A stretch of 63,942 nt of DNA, counting the filler, from Myxococcota bacterium (GTDB lineage Bacteria > Myxococcota_C > UBA6777), in NCBI GenBank assembly GCA_023150835.1. It is 3 parts of 3 records of this genome, joined end to end, with 100 filler letters (N's around TTAATTAATTAA, not from the genome) between each part and the next. Parts side by side here need not be neighbours in the genome. Positions count along the whole stretch, not along the records: positions 23,484 to 46,845 come from JAKLKB010000111.1; 2 more parts are not named here. The stretch is one strand, 5' to 3'. The notes below the pieces were generated by a model, which worked only from the letters and a program-made list of their open reading frames with translations, did not search any database and was not told where the DNA came from. Shown here piece by piece: positions 31,732 to 41,153 of the stretch. The position numbers and the translations under genes are program-made. Positions within the stretch are counted from its first letter, which is position 1; every line of letters starts with the position of its first letter.

Positions 31732-34320
31732 ATGCAACGTTTGGTGGTTCTATCCTCGGAGACAGAGCGCTATCCGCTGCTTGCGGGTTGGTTGGGGACG
31801 TCATTTGCGTTGGAGCAAGTCGCCGATATCGCGCAAGCGCGGACGTTGCTTCGGCAAGACCCACCGATGATCTGGTTAATTTTCGTGGAAGATGCGTTGG
31901 TCGGGCTGGATGCCTTTTGGCATGAACTGCGTTACGCTGCGGAGCGTGCGCCTCATTTGCGGCTGTTCGTGTTGGCAGGACGCAAGCCGAGTTGGTGGCC
32001 TCATGTCGAAGAAGCTGGTGAGGAGATCTTGCCCGCAGTTCCGACCAGTTCGACCGTATTGCGTAACGCACTCAAAGAACTTTTGTATCGAGGGCCATCC
32101 TCGTCTTTACAAACAAGCGACGCCATCGAAGAAGACGGTCGCATAGGAGACACAATGCAACGTTTTATTGGGCGACGGATGGGGTCGGCGCTGATCGAAG
32201 AGGAGATCGGTCGCGGTGCAATGGGAGCGGTATTTGCGGCGCGCCAAGTCGCGTTAGAGAGAAAAGTGGCGGTCAAAGTGATGTTGCCTGCGTTGATGGG
32301 TGACGACATGGCAGCGCAGCGTTTTCGGCGAGAAGCCTTGGCGATCGCAAGGCTAAAAGACAACCACATCGTGCAAGTGTTCGAGGCTGGTTTTGCGGAA
32401 GATGGCGTTTTTTACATCGTGATGGAGTATCTGGAAGGCGGTACGATCGAGGATCTGCTAGAGCAACAAGGCCCACGACCGATCGCAGAAGCGGTTCGGC
32501 TGGTCAAGCAGGTTTGCAAGGGGCTTTGCACAGCGCATGATGCGGGCCTGACGCATCGCGATATCAAGCCGTCGAACTTGATGATCAGCCCTGAAGGTCG
32601 GCTCACGATCACGGACTTTGGTTTGGTGCGAGATACGAGTCAGATCCGTCAAACCAAGACCAACGCGATCTTGGGGACACCTGCGTATCTTGCGCCAGAA
32701 CAAGCATCAAGCAGCGAACCCGATCCACGGACCGATATCTATTCGTTGGGGATCGTTTTGTACGAGTTATTGACAGGGGAGCTACCGTTTATTTCGGACA
32801 ATCTGGTTGAAGTGTTGGTGATGCACTTGCGTGAACCCTTGCCCGATCCGCGTCGATCGCGTCCCGAGATCCCTGAGGCCCTTGTGCGGATCTTGCAGAG
32901 GATGACCGAAAAGAATCCGAATCATCGTTACAAAGACAGTCATGCGCTGTTGGCGGCCTTGGAAGACTTGGAGCGCAATGGTCTTTCGGTGGCTACGGCT
33001 TTTCCGTTGGCTGCGGCTCCGCGCACGCCTTCCCCTGTGGGGATGGGCCTCTCAGGGACTGTGAGCGCCGCGCCTTCGCCATCGTTGTGGGCGCAAGCTG
33101 CGCCGTTGGTGTCGGGGGCGGCGTCACAGACCGGTACGGCTCCGATGGGTGGGATGAATACAACAAACAGCGGTTTGTTTGCGTCGCCGACGGTGGGACG
33201 GCCAACACCACCGCCGTTGGAAAGCGGACTGCAACAGACGCTTCAACAGCTCAAACTGATGGGGATGCCTGAGATCGATCTTGAACAGCCCGAAGGATGG
33301 GGGATCTTTGGTGCAGAAGGGCAAGTGATGCAGCAAGTGGGAGCGTTGTTGGAGCCTTGGCGTGGTTTGGGTCAGAGTATTTTTCGGCACGCATCGACGG
33401 TGGCTGCGCATGGTTTGGGGGCTTGGTGGATGGCCTCGATGCAGCGGCTTGGACAACGATTGTTGTTGATGCCGCGCCCCGAAGGGTGGGGCGGAGTGTT
33501 GTTGCGTCGTGAAGCGGGTTGGGGTTCGGCATCACAAAGCAACAGCGCGATGCTCAGCCAAAGTATGATGCTTGATCCTGCGGGGGTTTTGTTGCATCTC
33601 GATGCTGTGGATACCGTCCTTGTTTTCGATGGTTCGGGGACTCCGCTGCAACAGCGATCTCGGCGCCCACAAGTGGTTGCACCGCTTCAGCAACTGCTGC
33701 ATCCGTTGATCTTGGGTGTGGCGTCTTGGCCGTCGGAATGTAAAGAGTTGGAGTTGTGGTTTGAGCAAAGTCGGATCTTTGTGTGGCGGATGCGTGGGGA
33801 GATCTGGCTGTTGTTGGGAGGGGTGCATCTTGCACGAGCGGGTATTTTGGGCATCCAACAGCAGATGATGCAGCACTTTGACAGCAGCGCAAGCGGTAGC
33901 CAGTCGGCATCGTTGTGGGCGCAGCCATCGCTGCAACCATCAACACACCTTCAACTGGCGCAGAGTGGCTCGATCTCGCAAAGTGGGGCGTTTGCACCAA
34001 GCGGGGCGGTTTCACAAGCTGTTCCTGTACATTCGGGGGCTTGGGGGGATTTGAGCTTTCAGTCCTTGGAGCCGGTGGCCAATCCGCTGTCGCAACAAGT
34101 GGTTGAAGGGGTACAACAAGCCTTTGCGCGTTATATCGGTCCGATGGCGAAGGTGGCGCTTCAAAAAACGGCTCAAAAGCTAGGTCATTCGAGAAAAGAC
34201 TTTCCTTCGAGTAAAGCGCTTCGACTCCTCGATAGCTTGGCAAACCAGTTGAGCGAAGATAAGCGGGCAGCCTTTCTCAAAGAGGCTCGTGCGCTTTTGC
34301 CACCCGAAGCGCTGCGTTAA
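31732..34320 (+). CDS. Soluble Ser/Thr kinase with pseudo-receiver N-domain and C-terminal Roadblock/LC7-like and helical domains
   Basis: GRGAMG, VAVK, HRDIKPSN, TDFG, GTPAYLAPE; the flanking domains are inferred from secondary-structure pattern. Confidence 0.9.
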   Translation: MQRLVVLSSETERYPLLAGWLGTSFALEQVADIAQARTLLRQDPPMIWLIFVEDALVGLDAFWHELRYAAERAPHLRLFVLAGRKPSWWPHVEEAGEEILPAVPTSSTVLRNALKELLYRGPSSSLQTSDAIEEDGRIGDTMQRFIGRRMGSALIEEEIGRGAMGAVFAARQVALERKVAVKVMLPALMGDDMAAQRFRREALAIARLKDNHIVQVFEAGFAEDGVFYIVMEYLEGGTIEDLLEQQGPRPIAEAVRLVKQVCKGLCTAHDAGLTHRDIKPSNLMISPEGRLTITDFGLVRDTSQIRQTKTNAILGTPAYLAPEQASSSEPDPRTDIYSLGIVLYELLTGELPFISDNLVEVLVMHLREPLPDPRRSRPEIPEALVRILQRMTEKNPNHRYKDSHALLAALEDLERNGLSVATAFPLAAAPRTPSPVGMGLSGTVSAAPSPSLWAQAAPLVSGAASQTGTAPMGGMNTTNSGLFASPTVGRPTPPPLESGLQQTLQQLKLMGMPEIDLEQPEGWGIFGAEGQVMQQVGALLEPWRGLGQSIFRHASTVAAHGLGAWWMASMQRLGQRLLLMPRPEGWGGVLLRREAGWGSASQSNSAMLSQSMMLDPAGVLLHLDAVDTVLVFDGSGTPLQQRSRRPQVVAPLQQLLHPLILGVASWPSECKELELWFEQSRIFVWRMRGEIWLLLGGVHLARAGILGIQQQMMQHFDSSASGSQSASLWAQPSLQPSTHLQLAQSGSISQSGAFAPSGAVSQAVPVHSGAWGDLSFQSLEPVANPLSQQVVEGVQQAFARYIGPMAKVALQKTAQKLGHSRKDFPSSKALRLLDSLANQLSEDKRAAFLKEARALLPPEALR

Positions 34321-34518
34321 GGTTGTGCGGAGATCGAAGGCGAGGATGTGCTTGTTTTGTGGGGGCCGTTGTGTTAAGGGGGTGACCGCGTTACGCACCG
34401 TTTTGGGGCGGTATCGTCTGAGTCGATAAAGTCCTTGCGTCCCGTTGGGGATGGGTGGACGGTGCGAGACGACGGCGTCGATGCCGAGACCTAGGTTGGC
34501 TTTTTGGGAGCAGAGAAG

Positions 34519-35283
34519 ATGTTGAAGATACAAAGAAAACAACCGCCAAGCCTCGATCCGTTTTTACCCGAAGGGGCGGAAACGCCGATTCGGGAGGAAG
34601 CGTTGAGTGTGCCGACGGAGGTAAAGGTTGAGCGGATAGCGGATCTTTTTGGGCAGATCATGGAAACCCTTGGTCTGGATCTGCACGATGACAGCTTGCG
34701 GGAAACTCCGCAGCGGTTTGCAAAGATGTATGTCCAAGAGATCTTTCGCGGCTTGGATCCACAACAACGCCCACGCATCGCGACTTTTGAGAACCGTTAT
34801 CAGTACAAACAGATGCTCGTGGAGCGTGATATCCGTTTGCATTCGTGTTGCGAACATCATTTCCTGCCGATCTTGGGGCGTGCGCATGTGGCGTATATCC
34901 CCGATCGCCATGTTGTCGGTCTTTCGAAGTTGAATCGCGTGGTTGATTATTACGCCCGTCGCCCACAAGTCCAAGAGCGTCTAACGCAGCAGATCGCGGC
35001 AGCTTTGCAACAAGATCTGGAAACGCCCGATGTTGCGGTATGGATCGAGGCGAGTCATTTGTGTGTGGCGATGCGGGGGATACAAGATGAAGCGAGTGTG
35101 ACGGTGACATCGGCCTACGAAGGGCGTTTTCGAGAGCCAACGATCCAGTTACAATTTCTTGCGGCGATCGGGAAGGTCGGGAGTGAGGCGGCTGCGCAAA
35201 CAGGGCCGTTGGCATTGTTGATCCAAAAGGGCAAGTCTTCTGCTTTGGACGATGAAGGCGAATCTTCCGATGCGTTGGACTGA
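34519..35283 (+). CDS. folE: GTP cyclohydrolase I
   Basis: DDSLRETPQR, CEHHFLP, GLSKLNR, RPQVQERLT, HLCVAMRG. Confidence 0.96.
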   Translation: MLKIQRKQPPSLDPFLPEGAETPIREEALSVPTEVKVERIADLFGQIMETLGLDLHDDSLRETPQRFAKMYVQEIFRGLDPQQRPRIATFENRYQYKQMLVERDIRLHSCCEHHFLPILGRAHVAYIPDRHVVGLSKLNRVVDYYARRPQVQERLTQQIAAALQQDLETPDVAVWIEASHLCVAMRGIQDEASVTVTSAYEGRFREPTIQLQFLAAIGKVGSEAAAQTGPLALLIQKGKSSALDDEGESSDALD

Positions 35284-36643
35284 TCCGCCAAGCGATCACG
35301 ATCATTTGTTGGTGCTGTGGTGGTGTCCATTTCTGTTGTTTTCGGGCTTGTGGGGGCAATGGGGGCCGAGTGGTGGTTGGGATGCGTTGTGGTTGGCGTG
35401 GGGTCAGATGGGCGGAGGAGTCTGGTTGTTGTTGGCGGTGCATTCGTGGTTGGGGGGAGAAGGGGGGCGGGCGCGTTGTTTTTTGCGCGGGGCGACGACA
35501 AAAGCCCAGCAGACGGGGATGATGTGCCTTGATGGATTGGGTGGTGGCGCGTTGTGTTTGGCGTACGTTGGAGGGTACGATTGGGCGGCGCTTGCGTTGG
35601 GTGTTGCGGTGGTGTCGCGGATCTTTTGGGTGCGAAAACAGCGGGTGTGGTTAGAGCAAGAGGGCGTCTGGTTGGGTGGTTTTCCTTTGCAACGGATGCG
35701 GTTTGTGCATCTTCGGCACGTGTGGAGGGAGGGCGGATGTGTTCGGCTGCGCGATGAGCGTGGTCGTGGTGTGGACATCGAAGCAGCGGATGCGCAAGAG
35801 GCCGAACGATGGGAAAAAGCGATCTTGGAGGCTCAACAGGCTGGGTTGGCGGGGATGGAAGAAGGTTTTGTTGCGCAGCGGCGGGGCGAGGGCGGGTGGG
35901 AGGTGAAGTTCGGCAGCGGAGAAGCCTTGTTTGTGTCGTCGGGATGGTCGTTGGATGCGATGCAAGGGCAGGGTGAGAGCCTTCGATCGAAGCGGTGGCG
36001 GGTGGTCTTGGGAGGGGTGCTGTGTGGTGTGTGGTGCGCGATCTGGTGGTTGGGGCTTGCGAAGGCGGGGGGGATGGCGTCGTCGTGGGGGCGTGGAACG
36101 TTGCATTTTCTTCTTGGTTTGGGGGGCATTGTTTTGGTGTGTTGTCAGTCGGGGGAGGCGTGGGTTCCAAAGGGAGCGACGCTTCGATGGTTCGGGCCGA
36201 TGGGCGCGTTGCGTTGTTATCGAGGGATCGTGCGAATAAGTCTTATTGGGTTGGGGGTGTGGTTGTTGTGGGATCTGATGCGATTTGCGGTGTGGGGAAG
36301 CGCGTTGCATTGGACTTCGTGGTGGATCTTGGTATCGAGTGTGTTGATCGTGGCGTTGGATCCGTCGGGTGCGATGGCTTGGATGGTGCGCGTGAAGGGA
36401 GAGCCGTGGATGCGGCGTGTGGGTTGGCGGGAACGGATGCCGATCGAGAGATGGGAGTCTGTGGCGTGGTGTCGAGGTGTTTTGTTTTGGAAAGAGGGCG
36501 GTATCGAGCGATGCGCGGTTTTACCGTGTCGTGTCGATGCGAAAGCAGCGGCGATGTGGCTGTTTGGGGAGATCGAGGAAACGCCCGACGAAGCCGACTC
36601 AACGGCGCTTGAGGTAGCGGTCCGTGAGGACGAGCGAACATAG
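35252..36643 (+). CDS. Hypothetical multi-pass membrane protein
   Basis: Long ORF overlapping the folE end, with several hydrophobic segments; W/G/V-rich. Confidence 0.6.
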   Translation: MKANLPMRWTDPPSDHDHLLVLWWCPFLLFSGLWGQWGPSGGWDALWLAWGQMGGGVWLLLAVHSWLGGEGGRARCFLRGATTKAQQTGMMCLDGLGGGALCLAYVGGYDWAALALGVAVVSRIFWVRKQRVWLEQEGVWLGGFPLQRMRFVHLRHVWREGGCVRLRDERGRGVDIEAADAQEAERWEKAILEAQQAGLAGMEEGFVAQRRGEGGWEVKFGSGEALFVSSGWSLDAMQGQGESLRSKRWRVVLGGVLCGVWCAIWWLGLAKAGGMASSWGRGTLHFLLGLGGIVLVCCQSGEAWVPKGATLRWFGPMGALRCYRGIVRISLIGLGVWLLWDLMRFAVWGSALHWTSWWILVSSVLIVALDPSGAMAWMVRVKGEPWMRRVGWRERMPIERWESVAWCRGVLFWKEGGIERCAVLPCRVDAKAAAMWLFGEIEETPDEADSTALEVAVREDERT

Positions 36644-36660
36644 GTGTCACTTGTCGCCAA

Positions 36661-36785
36661 AAAAAAAGCCGTGTTCGCGAACATCCAAGCGACAGAGTTG
36701 TTGTCTTGAAAAACCTGCGATCTCTTCGCCGATACGAGGTCAAGGGAGCCGCGACCTTGGAAGTGGGGTATGGGGTGAAACCCCA
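36661..36785 (-). repeat. Dispersed ~125-bp structured repeat, copy F
   Basis: CCGTGTTCG...CAAGCGACAGAG...CTCTTCGCCGATACGAGGTCAAGGG...TGGGGTGAAACCCCA. Confidence 0.85.
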
Positions 36786-36825
36786 TCACATAATACGAAA
36801 TCCGCAGGGTGTGTGATCGTAAAAC

Positions 36826-37022
36826 GTAGGGGCAGCCCCCTGTGGCTGCCCAACAATCGGGCGTCTACGCACGAATCGGCTTTATTGAGCGCTAGTTTTT
36901 TCCATTGCTCCCCCTGTAGCTGCCCAACAATCGGGCGTCTACGCACGAATCGGCTTTATTGAGCGCTAGTTTTTTCCATTGCTCCCCCTGTGGCTGCCCA
37001 ACAATCGGGCGTCTACGCACGA
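36826..37022. repeat. GTAG-family REP element amplified as a 74-bp tandem unit (~2.5 copies)
   Basis: GTAGGGGCAGCCCCCTGTGGCTGCCC-AACAATC-GGGCGTCTAC; CTGCCCAAC recurs at 36846, 36920 and 36994. Confidence 0.88.
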
Positions 37023-37093
37023 CCCTCCGATCGCACATCTTTCGGAGGTCGTATAAGTCCAACCGCGTAAGTCCTATCAACAAATTCCAAGGA

Positions 37094-38032
37094 TCAAGGC
37101 AATTGTTCTTTGAGTTCTTTGATGCGTTTTTTGACGGAGGCATTGAGAGGGTCGAGAGTGAGGGCGAGTTGGAGCTTGCTGATGGCGCCTTGGACGTTGC
37201 CTTTGAGGGCGTCGGCTTCGGCTTCGCGGGAGAGGACATCGACTTTTTGTTTGCGAGGGGCGACCATCTGTTCGTAATTTTTCTGAAAGGCTTCTTGTTG
37301 TTTCACGTGCCCTTGAGAGGCATGGGCGGCGAGAGGGTTGGTATAATTTCCGATCTTGGCGTCATAACTGGCGCGTTGTGCGGGGTCCATCAAGACGCGG
37401 TAGGCTTCGGTGATGTGTTGGAAGACGTCTTGGAGCAGTGCGTGGAGTTCTTGGGGGAGTTTGCGGTAGTGCTGATCGGGGTGGTATTCTTTGGAGCGCT
37501 GGCGGTAAGCATCGCGGATCTCTGAAGGGGTCGCATTTTTAGGGAGTTTGAGTAGGTTGTAATAGTCGCCTCGGCGAGCGTAAAGTTGAAGGCTTTCCAG
37601 TTGCTTTTTGAGGCTATCTTGTTCTTCGGTGGGGGGGAAAGAGCCGCGATGTATGGGCTGTTGGCCTTGGGGGACGAAAGTGTTGTCGTCGAAGGTCATG
37701 AGGTGTTCAAGTTCTTTGCGCCGTTGAGGAGTCATATCCATCAAGCGGATCTCCATACCGGGCTGACCACCGAGGAGATCGGCTTCTTCGGCGCTGATCA
37801 CTTGATCGACCTCTCCCCAACTCCAGATCTCGAAGCCTTCGATGCTTTCGAGCAAAAAGACCAATTGGACGCGTGTTCCGATGGGCTTGTTGCGCGGTGA
37901 TTTCACGAAGTAATTTCCGCGCCCGATTTGGCGTTCGTACTCTTCGCGGAAACGTTGCATATTGTTGAAGCGGATACGGATCGCCAGTTCGCACTGGGGT
38001 CCGGGTTGATTGGAGATCTGTGGAGCCTTCAT
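37094..38032 (-). CDS. TIGR02266-like PilZ domain plus DnaJ domain protein
   Basis: IRFNNMQRFREEY...IGRGNYFVKS..KPIGTRVQLVF...GMEIRL; J domain DYYNLL...YHPD. Confidence 0.85.
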   Translation of the reverse strand: MKAPQISNQPGPQCELAIRIRFNNMQRFREEYERQIGRGNYFVKSPRNKPIGTRVQLVFLLESIEGFEIWSWGEVDQVISAEEADLLGGQPGMEIRLMDMTPQRRKELEHLMTFDDNTFVPQGQQPIHRGSFPPTEEQDSLKKQLESLQLYARRGDYYNLLKLPKNATPSEIRDAYRQRSKEYHPDQHYRKLPQELHALLQDVFQHITEAYRVLMDPAQRASYDAKIGNYTNPLAAHASQGHVKQQEAFQKNYEQMVAPRKQKVDVLSREAEADALKGNVQGAISKLQLALTLDPLNASVKKRIKELKEQLP

Positions 38033-38477
38033 CAAATCCTCGCCTATCCGGTCGGATGCGTTGGAGGGCAGGGCATCGGTTGGTGGGGCGATGCCAAAAG
38101 AAACGGAAGTGCGCGTTCTTTGTCGGGTCTTGAGGAGTCTTCTTCACAAAATGCAAGTGTTGGTTCGTCGTGACGAGCCAACGGGCTTTTGCGACGAAAG
38201 CCGCGCAAGGCCCACCACTATACGATGCTTCGTTGGTTTTATGAAGAACCTTATGCGTGGTGATCGCAAAGAGACGACGTGATCGCGATGTGGGTTTGGT
38301 TTGTTTTCGCTGCATCTGGTTTGTCAGAAAGGTTCCCCCTATGATACAAGCCGCGCAGGGTTTGTGTGATCCTCGCCGCGCAGGGTGAGCGTTTGCTGGA
38401 TCGGTTGTCTTGCGGATGTTGGAGAGGGGTGAGAGAGCATCCTCCCAACGCTCCGCCATAGCTCTGTAGGGAGAAGA

Positions 38478-40085
38478 ATGTTTTCAGGTTTTTTGCGAAG
38501 CGTACAAGAAATTCCCGTGACGTTGGGCTTTTTTGTGTTGCACGTGGCGTTGTTTTTGATGATGGTCGCACAAGGCTCCGTGGACGAAGAAATGCCTCTG
38601 TTGTTGGGGTTTTCGTATGAGACGATGCGTGACTTTGGTGCGCAGATCAACCCGTTGATTTGGAGAGGTGAGGGGATACGTCTCTTTACAGCGGGGCTTT
38701 TGCATGGGGGGTTGCTGCACCTCGTGCTCAATAACCTTGTTCTCTACAACCTCGGATCGATCTTAGAGCGGATGTTGGGGAGCTTGCGCTTTTTGATGTT
38801 GTACGTGCTGGCTCTGCTTGTCGGGAACCTTGCGACGTTGTTGTATATGCCGCCGTATGCGGTCTCGCTGGGGGCTTCGGGGGCGATCATGGGCTTGGCT
38901 GGGGCGCTTTCGGTGTTTTTGTTAATGGATCGCGAGGGCCGATTTTTGCGCACAACTCCGCGAAGTCGAAACTTTTTCTTGTTTTTGGTTGCGCTCAACC
39001 TTGTTGTGGGTGAGTTGATCAGCATCATCAACAATGCCGCGCACATCGGCGGTTTTGTTTGCGGTGTGGTGTTTGGGTTGTTCTTTTGGGGGCGTATCCC
39101 CGGGACAGGCTTTTCTCGCAGTTTCGGATCTTTTTTGATGGTCTGTTTGCTTGGATTCTTGTTTTTGGGCCTACGCATCGGGCTTACCCCTCAAGACAGC
39201 CACGCTTGGTTTCTTCATCAAGCCCTCGAAACGACGCAACGCGGTGATGTACAAAATACAGAACGCGCCTTGCTCAAAGCCCTCGAAAAGAAGCGCGACA
39301 CACCCACCCTCGAAAAGATCGGCACGCTGTACCAATACACCGAACAATGGGAACGATCGCTTGCTGTATACCGCGAACTCCACACCAAAGCACCACAAAA
39401 TATCCTTTACACAATCCACTTGATCGAAGCGATGACCAAGACGGGACGCCATACCTCCGCAGATGTCCTATTCGTGCCTCTGCGCCAACGTCTCGAAGGG
39501 ATCGAAGGTAGCGAGATTGCTCTGGCAATGCTGTTGCTTGCACGCCACCAAGAACGCGACGCGTTGTTGCTGCTTGGGCGTCTTTTGGAAAAAGAACCCC
39601 GACAATCCGTCTATCACAACGCGATGGCATGGACCCTCTTGACCGCCGATGATCGGCGCTTTCGCAACCCCACGCTCGCCCTTCAACACGCCAAGATCGC
39701 CGTCCAAGAAACTCAGTCTCGCCTCGGAACTTTTCTCGATACTCTCGCAACGGCTTACTTTCAAAACCATCAGCCCCAAAAAGCCATCGACTTGATCCAC
39801 CAAGCAATGCGCTGTCCAGATGCAAAAGATCCAAGCGCGCTCTTGATGATCCATCTCCACCGTCAAAAGCAAAAATTCCTCCGCTCCCTTGCTTCCGCAT
39901 CTTCTGCTTCCAAACCCACGCTCAGAGCCGCGACTTCCGCTTCCAAGCCCACACTTCGCTCCGCATCTTCCGCTTCCAATCCCACACTTCGTTCCGCATC
40001 TTCCGCTTCCAAACCCACGCTCAGAGCCGCATCTTCCGTATCTTCACCCTCTTCTGTTCCTGCTGTGCGATCTCGTCAACCGTGA
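38478..40085 (+). CDS. Rhomboid intramembrane serine protease with TPR region and 33-bp repeat tail
   Basis: LLHGGLLHLVLN, GASGAIMG, NAAHIGG; TPR motifs (NAMAW, LDTLATAYF); SASSASKPTLR-type unit x4. Confidence 0.92.
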   Translation: MFSGFLRSVQEIPVTLGFFVLHVALFLMMVAQGSVDEEMPLLLGFSYETMRDFGAQINPLIWRGEGIRLFTAGLLHGGLLHLVLNNLVLYNLGSILERMLGSLRFLMLYVLALLVGNLATLLYMPPYAVSLGASGAIMGLAGALSVFLLMDREGRFLRTTPRSRNFFLFLVALNLVVGELISIINNAAHIGGFVCGVVFGLFFWGRIPGTGFSRSFGSFLMVCLLGFLFLGLRIGLTPQDSHAWFLHQALETTQRGDVQNTERALLKALEKKRDTPTLEKIGTLYQYTEQWERSLAVYRELHTKAPQNILYTIHLIEAMTKTGRHTSADVLFVPLRQRLEGIEGSEIALAMLLLARHQERDALLLLGRLLEKEPRQSVYHNAMAWTLLTADDRRFRNPTLALQHAKIAVQETQSRLGTFLDTLATAYFQNHQPQKAIDLIHQAMRCPDAKDPSALLMIHLHRQKQKFLRSLASASSASKPTLRAATSASKPTLRSASSASNPTLRSASSASKPTLRAASSVSSPSSVPAVRSRQP

Positions 40086-40214
40086 TCTCTTACGCAGTTT
40101 TTTCTTTGACATGATCTGACATCCCTTTCATTAGAATGGGTCAACGTGAAACGATGAGCGATAACCCTTGCGTGGCGCACTCCTTTTCAGCGCCACCCTT
40201 ACGGAGGATCAGAG

Positions 40215-41108
40215 ATGACTCGCAACAAATTGGCACGCACCGAACAAAGCACTTCTCCTTCTCTTAGCGAACAAATGAAACAAAACACTCAGTTCCAAGG
40301 TCTCGGCTTCGAGATCTTTGGAGAACAAGAGTTCGTTCGCTACCCTGTCATCGGTGTCAATCAACCCACCAGTGACTACAAACCCGAAGGCAAATTCCAT
40401 AACCGCGTGACGGGCGATGTCTACGACTCCGTTGAGGTTGTCTTCCTCGGCCTTCGCCGCTCGATGACCTTTCGCCCCAATGGCTACAATGATCCCGTCC
40501 CTGCTTGCTTTAGCAACGATGCTCTCCGTCCCGACTCCACCGTCGAACAACCTGTGCATCACACCTGCCATCGCATGGGACCGCGTGGTCTGATCGCCGA
40601 ATGCCCTAACGCCCGTTGGAATCGCACCAACGACGGGAAAGCTCGCCGCGCTTGTGACCTCCGTTATACCGCTGCTGTTGATATGAACGGCAAGCACTTC
40701 TTGATGTACTTCCAAGGCCGCTCCATCGCCCCGCTCGAACGCTTCTTGAGCCAAGTCCGCCAATTCCGCCAACCGTTGTTTGGTGTACGCGTCGGTCTCA
40801 GCTTGATCTATCGCACCAAAAAAGAAGGCTTCATGGGCAACTTCTACGAGATCAACTTCCCCGATATGTCCAACCCTTCCGAGCGCGATCGTGTCGAAGT
40901 TGTTGACGCTCTTGAATTCCAAGAAATGGCCCAATTCTTCAAAGATTACTTTGACACCGCTCCCTCCGAACTCTACCATGAAGGCGAAGGCGAACCCGAC
41001 AAAACAGCCGCCACAAATCCCCGTGACGGTGTTCGTTATGCCGATGCCACCGAAAAAAATGATGCGTCCGTCGAAGATCGCTGGGGCAACGCCAACAACG
41101 ATTTCTAA
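40215..41108 (+). CDS. Putative phage-type single-stranded DNA-binding protein
   Basis: GGAGG RBS; PACFSND...C...ECP..RW...AC Cys cluster in a beta-rich core; acidic disordered tail ending in NDF. Confidence 0.6.
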   Translation: MTRNKLARTEQSTSPSLSEQMKQNTQFQGLGFEIFGEQEFVRYPVIGVNQPTSDYKPEGKFHNRVTGDVYDSVEVVFLGLRRSMTFRPNGYNDPVPACFSNDALRPDSTVEQPVHHTCHRMGPRGLIAECPNARWNRTNDGKARRACDLRYTAAVDMNGKHFLMYFQGRSIAPLERFLSQVRQFRQPLFGVRVGLSLIYRTKKEGFMGNFYEINFPDMSNPSERDRVEVVDALEFQEMAQFFKDYFDTAPSELYHEGEGEPDKTAATNPRDGVRYADATEKNDASVEDRWGNANNDF

Positions 41109-41153
41109 TCCACACAAAAACGACACGCCAAAAAAAACGAACGGGTCAACACG

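Noticed and set aside
40106-40137. TTGACA...TAGAAT promoter upstream of the SSB-like gene
   Set aside because: The 20-bp spacer is too long for a sigma70 promoter; the TGACAT direct repeat could be an operator but is unsupported.
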